The notes below the pieces were generated by a model, which was not told the DNA's origin, searched no databases, and was given only the letters and a program-made list of their open reading frames with translations. This document shows, piece by piece, positions 56,794-64,000 of a stretch of 64,000 nucleotides of DNA. This stretch comes from an uncultured Marinoscillum sp. GTDB taxonomy: Bacteria; Bacteroidota; Bacteroidia; Cytophagales; MED-G16. The stretch covers positions 5,298 to 69,297 of the forward strand of contig CACOMW010000002.1 in the NCBI GenBank assembly GCA_902628365.1, read 5' to 3'. A program made the translations under genes and the position numbers. The number at the start of each line of letters is the position of its first letter. Position 1 is the stretch's first letter.

Positions 56794-59157
56794 ATGAAAA
56801 AATTTTTCTTTTTATTGATTCTTATTTTATCATTTCAAACCTCTTATTCCCAAGTTTTTTTATCTGGATATATTCAGGAGAATGGGTCAGAGGAAAAGCT
56901 TCCCTTTGCAAATGTTTTTATTAGTGAATTGGATTTAGGAACTACAACTAATGAAAACGGATATTTTACATTAAATGGAGATATAAAAGAAGGAATGGTT
57001 ATTTCGGCAAGTTATGTTGGGTACAAAACTGAGTCAATTACTATTACAAACCAACTTCTAAGTAGTCCAATAGAAATAAATTTAGTTGCTTTAACTTCAA
57101 CTTTAAATGAGGTTGTTATTGCTGCAAATTCAAATAAGTTTTTACAGACTAACACTGAAATTAGTAGACATCAAATTTCAACAAAACAAATTAATTTGAT
57201 GCCAAGTATTGGGGAGGTAGATATATTTAGATCTTTACAATTACTACCAGGTGTAAGTGGTACTTCAGAAAGTACTTCAGGATTGCATATTAGAGGAGGT
57301 ACTCCTGAACAAAATTTAGTTCTTTTGGATGGAATCAAGGTTTATAATGTTGAACATTTTTTTGGTTTTTTTAGTGCATTTAATGCTAATGCTATAAAGA
57401 GTGTGGACCTATATAAGGGCGCTTTTCCTGCACGATATGGAGGTAGGTTGTCAGGGGTGATTGATATGATTGGAAGAACTGGAAGTTTTAACGAAATAAA
57501 AGGTCAAGTTTCTGCAAATTTGTTAAGTGCAGGAGGAAGTATAGAAATACCTTTTAAAAATAAATTTAGTTTACTAATAGCAGGAAGAAGATCATTTACA
57601 GATCTACTTAAAACATCTTTTTTTGAAAAGCTATTTAATCAATTTGAAGATGATAGTGGAAACATTGAAGAGTTAGAAGAATTTGTGCCTTCTTTTAATT
57701 TTTTTGATTTCAACTCAAAGCTTTCCTATAAGCCATCAAACAAAGATCTAATTACATTTAGCTATTATAAAGGACAAGATAATTTGGATGAGATAAGTTC
57801 TACAGACCGTTTAATTTATCCAGACATTGGTCCAGAGAAAATAAATATTCTTGGAGATGTTTCTAAAATATCAAAATGGGGTAACGATGGATATGGTTTT
57901 AAATGGTCTAGGCAATGGAATCCTAAATTTTATAATGTATTAAATATCTCATATTCAGAATATTTTAATAATAGAGATGATAATTATTCTGTAAATGTAA
58001 ACATACCTGATACCGATTCTACCATTTTAGATTTTAAATTAAAGTTGATACAAAAAAATAATGTCAAAGATTTTACAGCCAGATACGATGGTGAGTTTGT
58101 CTTACGTAAAAATAATAACTTAGAATTTGGATTAGAATATACAAAATCATCAGTTGATTATACTTTTGTTAGAGACGATACACTAAATCTTATTACTACT
58201 GATCAAGATTCAAAATTGTATTCATATTATTTATCATATAATTTGAATTCAGTTAAAAATCTTAAAATAAAGTTAGGAATGAGAGGGAATAGATATGATT
58301 TTAATAAAAAAAATTATTTTTCTCCAAGAGCTAGTTTAGACTATAAAATATTTGAAAATCTAAAACTTAAGTTGGGTTACGGAGCTCATTATCAATTTGT
58401 CAAAATGATTTTAGGTGAATCTGTAACATCAAGCTCTAGAGATTTTTGGCTTTTAGCAAATGGCGAAGATGTGAAAATTGGTAAGGCAACGCATTATGTT
58501 GCTGGCATTTCTTACGAGAGAGATGCGTGGCTAATCGATGTTGAGGGTTTTTATAAGGAACTTGAAAATTTGACTGAATTTTCTCTACGATACCAATCTA
58601 GCAACCTAAGGTCTTTGTTTTTTAATGGATCGGGGGAGGTTAAAGGTTTTGAAGTTTTATTACAAAAAAAGATAGAAAAATATACAGGTTGGATTTCTTA
58701 TACCTACACAGATGTTGAGCATTTATTTCCATTATTAAATGAAGGAAAAAAATTTCCAGGTAGAAATACCCAAAAAAATGAATTTAAAATATTTAATAAC
58801 TACGAGATAAATGGTTGGAATTTTTCAGTTTCTTTTATATATGGTTCTGGTCAACCATATACTGAGCCGTCTTATAAGTATAATATCAACCTACTTGATG
58901 ATTCAAAGTTATCATTTATTGGAGTAGGGCCGAAAAATGGATCCCTTCTTCCTGATTATCATAGAATGGACATTGGGGTTCATCATATATTTACTTTTAA
59001 TGGTACAAAAGGCGATATTGGCTTGTCAATATTTAATATTTATAATAGAGCAAATGTATGGTATTATGAATACGACTTTAACCAAGAACCAGTTTTAAAA
59101 ACTAGAGTAAAATATCTTGGATTTGTTCCAAACATAAATTTAAAATTTGAATTTTAA
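56794..59157 (+). CDS. TonB-dependent receptor with N-terminal CarboxypepD_reg-like domain
   Basis: LSGYIQENGSEEKLPFANVFI...NENGYFTL, plug (DIFRSLQLLPGV, IRGGTPEQNLVLLDGIKVYN), and a barrel ending in the aromatic terminal NLKFEF. Confidence 0.85.
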   Translation: MKKFFFLLILILSFQTSYSQVFLSGYIQENGSEEKLPFANVFISELDLGTTTNENGYFTLNGDIKEGMVISASYVGYKTESITITNQLLSSPIEINLVALTSTLNEVVIAANSNKFLQTNTEISRHQISTKQINLMPSIGEVDIFRSLQLLPGVSGTSESTSGLHIRGGTPEQNLVLLDGIKVYNVEHFFGFFSAFNANAIKSVDLYKGAFPARYGGRLSGVIDMIGRTGSFNEIKGQVSANLLSAGGSIEIPFKNKFSLLIAGRRSFTDLLKTSFFEKLFNQFEDDSGNIEELEEFVPSFNFFDFNSKLSYKPSNKDLITFSYYKGQDNLDEISSTDRLIYPDIGPEKINILGDVSKISKWGNDGYGFKWSRQWNPKFYNVLNISYSEYFNNRDDNYSVNVNIPDTDSTILDFKLKLIQKNNVKDFTARYDGEFVLRKNNNLEFGLEYTKSSVDYTFVRDDTLNLITTDQDSKLYSYYLSYNLNSVKNLKIKLGMRGNRYDFNKKNYFSPRASLDYKIFENLKLKLGYGAHYQFVKMILGESVTSSSRDFWLLANGEDVKIGKATHYVAGISYERDAWLIDVEGFYKELENLTEFSLRYQSSNLRSLFFNGSGEVKGFEVLLQKKIEKYTGWISYTYTDVEHLFPLLNEGKKFPGRNTQKNEFKIFNNYEINGWNFSVSFIYGSGQPYTEPSYKYNINLLDDSKLSFIGVGPKNGSLLPDYHRMDIGVHHIFTFNGTKGDIGLSIFNIYNRANVWYYEYDFNQEPVLKTRVKYLGFVPNINLKFEF

Positions 59158-59159
59158 TA

Positions 59160-59987
59160 ATGAGAAATCATCTTTATTTTTTACTAATATTTTTCCTTTT
59201 TTCTTGCGATGAAGAAACCTCTATTGAAGATAATTTTGTAGTGGAAGCATTTTTATTTCAAGGAGAACCTATTGATGATGTTAAAGTTTTTAAAGCAAAA
59301 TTGTATAATAGTTCAGATACAACAGAAGAAGTTATTTCAGATGCAAAAGTTAAAATCATTTATGATGGAGATAATTATGAATTAGATTATGATGTAAATT
59401 CAATGAAGTATGTTTATAATAATAATGATTTGAATATTATATCAAATAAACAGTATGGCCTTGAAGTAACAGTAAATGATAGAACAGCTACTTCACAAAC
59501 TTCTGTTCCAACAAAACCCATTGGTTTATTATTATCAGAAAATAAAATAATAATTCCCGAGTTAGTTCTTTCACGAGCTCTTCCAACCATTCTCGCAAAT
59601 TTGTATGAAAATGCTAGAGCAAAAATATCTTGGGATAATCCTAATAATGAATATCATTATTTAACTATAAAATATATGGGTGATTCTGAAAATCCGATAT
59701 TCTCAGATGAACTACCAGCTGGTGTTGGTAATTTTTTTGAAAACTTTTCAATAGTTTCTGAGCCAACAAAAGATAAAGAATATAGTATAATTGGTTTAAG
59801 TTTAAAAAACTATGGTAGATATAAAGTTTCTTTATTTAAGATCAATCAAGATTATGTAAGCCTATTTGAAAATCAAGAACAAGATAGTAATGAACTTAAT
59901 GAGCCTCCATCAAATATTATAAATGCATTTGGTGTATTTTCAGCTTTTGCAAGTGATACTACTTCCTTTGAAATTGTAAAAGAGTAA
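59160..59987 (+). CDS. DUF4249 family lipoprotein (TBDR partner)
   Basis: Lipobox FSC. It starts 2 nt after the TBDR stop. The N-terminal FVVEAFLFQGEPIDDVKV pattern fits DUF4249 proteins, which follow CarboxypepD_reg-type TBDRs in Bacteroidota. Confidence 0.68.
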   Translation: MRNHLYFLLIFFLFSCDEETSIEDNFVVEAFLFQGEPIDDVKVFKAKLYNSSDTTEEVISDAKVKIIYDGDNYELDYDVNSMKYVYNNNDLNIISNKQYGLEVTVNDRTATSQTSVPTKPIGLLLSENKIIIPELVLSRALPTILANLYENARAKISWDNPNNEYHYLTIKYMGDSENPIFSDELPAGVGNFFENFSIVSEPTKDKEYSIIGLSLKNYGRYKVSLFKINQDYVSLFENQEQDSNELNEPPSNIINAFGVFSAFASDTTSFEIVKE

Positions 59988-59992
59988 AAAAA

Positions 59993-62900
59993 TTATTCCA
60001 TAACAATTATATCTACACCTTTATCTCTTAAAGAATTCAAAGTGTTTTTTAAGTTTTCATTTTTTAAGTTTTCAAATTGCTCTCCAACTTTATCTAAGCG
60101 AGATTTTAATAATTTATGTACCTCATGATATGAATCTGCAGGTTTAAAATCAGATATTTGAACATTATTAGCTAAGTAAGCTAATTTTTCTCCTATCATT
60201 TTTTCATATCTAACTTCATCTTGACCTGTTCCAGTAGTTTTTAACTGTGTAAGTTGCTTTTCAAGTTCTAAAAATTCGGATTCTAATATATCGACTAATG
60301 AAATTAACTCTTCTTCATGATTTGTATTTTTAAGCATGGCCTTAAGATCAAGGAGTTGCCTTCTAACTACTTCAATCGAGTTAATATAATGAACAGCAAG
60401 ATTTATATCATCATAAATTTCTGTTACTAACTGATTTTGAAGCATTATATCTTCTGTAGTTCCTTCTGAGTGAGGATCTTTTATTACTTCTAAAGATTTA
60501 GTCATAGTATTGTCACCTGATTTTAAAGTTATATTATATGTTCCTGGAGGAGATAATATTGAAAAATTATATGGGGCTTTTCTTTCTCTATTTTTATCAA
60601 GTGAAACCCAATCTGCGTATAATGGTTTTGTTCTAAAAACGATATCATCCGTTTTTTCACCAGAGAAATCCCACCATAATCTGTTTATGCCTTTGTTTCC
60701 TTTATCTTTTATCGTTTTGATCGTATCATTTTTTTGATTTGTGATTATGATTTCTATATCATCTTGTTTTTCTTTTAGCCAATAATTTATAGATGCTCCA
60801 TTAGGAGGGTCTTGACCGGTAGATGCCTCAGGAAACATTTGAAGACTACTTGTGACATTTTGAAATCTATATGATGGTTTTATATCAAATAGATGTGATG
60901 CTTTCTTTTCAATAGTTTCATCAAGTTGTTGTAAAGGAGATATATCATCTAAAATCCATATTCCTCTTCCATATGTTCCAATAACAAGGTCATTGAAATG
61001 TTCTTGAATTTCCATCCAGTACATAGGAGAATGGGGAAGGTTAGACATAAGACTTTGCCAATTCTCTCCATCATCATTAGAAACATACAATGCATTTTCT
61101 GTGCCAAGATATAATAGACCTTCTCTGACTGGATCTTCTTTAATACATCTAGTATAACTTAAATTTCCAGGTTTAATTCCATTAGTTATTTTTTTCCATG
61201 ATTTACCAAAATTTTCGGTTTTATAAACATATGGTTCAAAATTTCCGATCTGATGAAATTCTATGGTTAAATAAGCTTTTCCAGCACTCCATTTAGATGC
61301 ATCAATATTTCTAACAACACCTAACTTTGGAAGATTAGGAATATTTTTTGTTACATTATTCCAAGTTTTTCCATTGTCTTGGCTGATGTGTACTAGACCA
61401 TCATTTGTACCTGCCCATAAGACCCCTTTTTGTACTGGAGATTCATCAAAGGCATAAATAACATTTGCATATTCAACTGCTATGTTATCCCCAGTTAATC
61501 CACCAGAAAACCCCTGCATGCTTTTATCATTTAATGATAAATCAGGACTAATAACTTCCCATGTTTGACCATCATTTGTTGTTCTATGGACATGTTGACT
61601 TGTAACATAAATTGTTTTATTATCATGGGGTGAAATTAATACAGGAAATGTCCATTGAAATCTGTACTTAAGTAGAGAGGCATGACTTCCAGCAGTAAAT
61701 TCAGGCCACACTTCCAGTTGTCTATATTGTTTTGTATTTTCATTATATCTAGTAACAATTCCACCCAATGGACCGTATCCAGATGCACTAGACCAAATAA
61801 TATCTGGATTTTTAGGATCTGCAGTTGCAAAACCACTTTCTCCTCCACCAATTTCTCTCCACATTCCTGATTGAATCATTCCTGGACCAAACCAATTTCC
61901 TGTTCTTGATCTACTAGGCCCTTTCATTGAAGGACCATCTTGTCTATTAGTTAATACATTATATGGAACATTGTTATCCGTTGTTACATGATAAAGTTGT
62001 GCTATGGGTAAAAATGTTCTATGCCATGACTTCCCTCTGTTTTGCGAGATTGAGATTCCCCCATCACCAGCTACAGCCATTCTATCCCCGTTATGTGGAT
62101 CTATCCACATCTCATGATGATCCCAGTTCGGGGAGGAAAGTTGAGGTCTATTTTCTAAGGAAATTCCGCCATCTATACTAGAAAAAAATCTATTACTCAT
62201 AAAATATACTTCATTAGGATTATCTGTAGAAGCAGCTGTTCTAGTGTAGTATGCTTGCCTTCCCCCAAGGTTTCTATTCGAGTTAATCAATTTAAAAGTT
62301 TTTCCATTATCATCTGATCTCCACAATTCACCTGATTCTGTTTCTTTTCCCATATAAGGGACACCGTCACCTGTTTCAATTAATGCATACAATCTATCAG
62401 GACTAGCTGGAGTCATTGCAAGAGCAATTTTACCAACATCTTTATTGGGTAATCCATTTCCTTTGAGTCTTTTCCAAGTATCTCCACCATCTACAGATTT
62501 AAATAAACCACTTCCAGGTCCACCACTTATTCTTCTCCAAGTTTTAAGATCAAGCTGCCACGCTCCAGCGAATAAAATTCTAGAATTATCTGGGTCCATT
62601 ACTATATCTGAAATTCCTGTGTTATTGTCTATGTAAAGAACATGTTTCCATGTTTGTCCTCCATTATCACTCTTAAAAACCCCTCTTTCTTTTTGTGGAG
62701 CATACGCATGCCCTAGTGCTCCTACATAAATTAAATTTCTATTTTTAGGATGCACTACAATTCTGCTAATTCTTCCTGAATTTTTTAATCCAATATGTTT
62801 CCAAGTATCTCCACCATCTTCAGACTTATACACTCCATTACCAATAGACACATTGGATCGAATTGAACTTTCACCGGTTCCTACATATATTGTCATGGGA

Positions 62901-63190
62901 TCGGATGGGGCAACAGATATTGATCCAATAGAATGAACTTCTTGACTATCAAAAATTGGTTTCCAATTTAAACCACCATCTTTTGTTTTCCATACACCTC
63001 CAGATGCAGCTCCTACATAATAAGTCATTGGATCATTTGGAACACCAGCAACAGTTGTAAGTCTGTTTCCAATAGGGCCGACATGTCTAAATTTCATATC
63101 TTTTATAATTTCTTTATTTATCGTTTGAGAATGCAATGACATAGAACATAAAATGCCAATAGCTATATAAAGTATAATTTGATTTTTCAT
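59993..63190 (-). CDS. Secreted BNR/Asp-box repeat protein, sortilin/VPS10-like tandem beta-propeller (glycosyl-hydrolase-like)
   Basis: Signal peptide. At least nine Asp-box SxDxGxTW repeats (SEDGGDTWK, SDNGGQTWK, SVDGGDTWK, SDDNGKTF, TTNDGQTWE, SQDNGKTWN, TENFGKSWK, SNDDGENWQ and others). Helical C-terminal tail. Confidence 0.8.
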   Translation of the reverse strand: MKNQIILYIAIGILCSMSLHSQTINKEIIKDMKFRHVGPIGNRLTTVAGVPNDPMTYYVGAASGGVWKTKDGGLNWKPIFDSQEVHSIGSISVAPSDPMTIYVGTGESSIRSNVSIGNGVYKSEDGGDTWKHIGLKNSGRISRIVVHPKNRNLIYVGALGHAYAPQKERGVFKSDNGGQTWKHVLYIDNNTGISDIVMDPDNSRILFAGAWQLDLKTWRRISGGPGSGLFKSVDGGDTWKRLKGNGLPNKDVGKIALAMTPASPDRLYALIETGDGVPYMGKETESGELWRSDDNGKTFKLINSNRNLGGRQAYYTRTAASTDNPNEVYFMSNRFFSSIDGGISLENRPQLSSPNWDHHEMWIDPHNGDRMAVAGDGGISISQNRGKSWHRTFLPIAQLYHVTTDNNVPYNVLTNRQDGPSMKGPSRSRTGNWFGPGMIQSGMWREIGGGESGFATADPKNPDIIWSSASGYGPLGGIVTRYNENTKQYRQLEVWPEFTAGSHASLLKYRFQWTFPVLISPHDNKTIYVTSQHVHRTTNDGQTWEVISPDLSLNDKSMQGFSGGLTGDNIAVEYANVIYAFDESPVQKGVLWAGTNDGLVHISQDNGKTWNNVTKNIPNLPKLGVVRNIDASKWSAGKAYLTIEFHQIGNFEPYVYKTENFGKSWKKITNGIKPGNLSYTRCIKEDPVREGLLYLGTENALYVSNDDGENWQSLMSNLPHSPMYWMEIQEHFNDLVIGTYGRGIWILDDISPLQQLDETIEKKASHLFDIKPSYRFQNVTSSLQMFPEASTGQDPPNGASINYWLKEKQDDIEIIITNQKNDTIKTIKDKGNKGINRLWWDFSGEKTDDIVFRTKPLYADWVSLDKNRERKAPYNFSILSPPGTYNITLKSGDNTMTKSLEVIKDPHSEGTTEDIMLQNQLVTEIYDDINLAVHYINSIEVVRRQLLDLKAMLKNTNHEEELISLVDILESEFLELEKQLTQLKTTGTGQDEVRYEKMIGEKLAYLANNVQISDFKPADSYHEVHKLLKSRLDKVGEQFENLKNENLKNTLNSLRDKGVDIIVME

Positions 63191-63276
63191 TTCAAGTTAA
63201 TTTTAGTTGATTCTTAAATATAGAATAAAAATAAAATAAAAGTAAATTAGATTTACAAATTAATTTTTTTGTAAAA

Positions 63277-64000
63277 ATGGATTCAAAGCTTACTGTAATA
63301 ATTGTAAATTATAAGTCTTGGAATTATTTGTCCAAGTGTTTAAATAGTCTCATTGAACAAGATTCTGAAACACCAAATATTGTTGTAGTTGATAACTTCT
63401 CGAATGATGGTAAAATACAGAAATTTGAATCACAGTATAAATCAGTTAAATGGATAAAATTAAGTTATAATTCTGGATTTTCTACAGCTTGTAACATTGG
63501 AGCTAAACATGCAAAGTCTTCTTGGATACTATTTTTAAATCCAGATTCAATTGTTCCAAAAGATTGTTTTAAAAAGTTAATTCCTTTTTGTGAAAGGAAT
63601 AAGGAATTAAAAATTATTTCAATAAGATCTAAAAATGCTTATTTAAATAAATCATTTTCTCATGGCTTTTATTTTAACTTTTGGACAGTAACCAATTTTA
63701 TTAGACAGTTTTATATTCTATTAAATAAAAGTAATATAGAGATAAAAAAAATTGATGGTAAAAAGGTAATCATGATAGGTTGGGTTTCAGGATCATTTCT
63801 TTTGATAAGGAAAAATGATTTTAAATCTATAGGTGGATGGGATGAGGATTTTTGGATGTATGCTGAGGATATGGATATTTGTAAAAGAGCTTATGAAAAA
63901 GGTATGTTTCCCTGTGTAATTTATGATTGGGATTATTACCATATGCACGGTGGTTCTTCAAGAAAAAATAAAAAAATTAAATTAATCACAAAATCAGAAT
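63277..64000 (+). CDS. Family 2 glycosyltransferase (3'-truncated by window edge)
   Basis: My own translation from ATG 63277 has no stop through nt 64000. LTVIIVNYKSWNYLSKCLNSL...VVVDNFSNDG, NSGFSTACNIG, and DEDFWMYAEDMDICKR are GT2 (GT-A, DxD-type) signatures. Confidence 0.85.
   Translation, partial: MDSKLTVIIVNYKSWNYLSKCLNSLIEQDSETPNIVVVDNFSNDGKIQKFESQYKSVKWIKLSYNSGFSTACNIGAKHAKSSWILFLNPDSIVPKDCFKKLIPFCERNKELKIISIRSKNAYLNKSFSHGFYFNFWTVTNFIRQFYILLNKSNIEIKKIDGKKVIMIGWVSGSFLLIRKNDFKSIGGWDEDFWMYAEDMDICKRAYEKGMFPCVIYDWDYYHMHGGSSRKNKKIKLITKSE

Noticed and set aside
60510-62636. Five short ORFs (60510..60737, 61636..61851, 61682..61870, 61963..62181, 62445..62636) within the BNR-repeat gene
   Set aside because: All lie within or antisense to a 1,065-aa CDS whose Asp-box repeats are continuous. 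Their translations are low-complexity with no recognisable features.
1-64000. Search for CRISPR arrays, tandem or interspersed repeats, IS elements, prophage genes, toxin-antitoxin or known defence systems
   Set aside because: None recognised in any frame. The only repeat-like DNA is codon-level low complexity inside coding genes (the tonB acidic linker and the Asp-box repeats).

Overview
A very AT-rich, extremely gene-dense chromosomal segment. I could not compute GC or run any searches. It looks like a streamlined marine member of the Flavobacteriia (Bacteroidota). The lineage call rests on type IX secretion / gliding genes (5'-truncated sprA, porU-porV, gldH), a T9SS C-terminal-domain cargo protein, CarboxypepD_reg-type TonB-dependent receptors, one followed by a DUF4249 lipoprotein, and many SC-lipobox lipoproteins. 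About 55 CDS and one tRNA-Ala(GGC) are supported. I saw no rRNA, CRISPR, transposase, integrase, phage or recognisable defence genes. Housekeeping genes include gcvH, yicC, purD, rlmB, pssA, dcd and osmC. The notable content is light-related: (1) a green-tuned DTE proton-pumping proteorhodopsin, followed by a strong terminator, the retinal-forming blh dioxygenase, and an unrecognised, internally duplicated 2x4-TM membrane protein that can only start at a non-ATG codon; (2) about 10 kb away, a six-gene overlapping minus-strand operon: SRPBCC, atypical SDR, flavin-reductase-like, DUF2256 zinc ribbon, photolyase-related CPF protein, and cryptochrome DASH, with a divergent DUF1295 gene. Other loci are an exported ADP-ribosylglycohydrolase-like lipoprotein coupled to a GRP/DMT sugar permease, with ribokinase and nucleoside hydrolase on the same strand; a tail-to-tail pair of paralogous met-zincins; and two SusD-less TonB-dependent receptor loci, one preceded by a His/Cys-rich small protein and an acidic lipoprotein. 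All nine convergent gene junctions have 20 nt or less between stops (two overlap), and only two convincing hairpin terminators are visible. All family calls come from motif recognition by eye.
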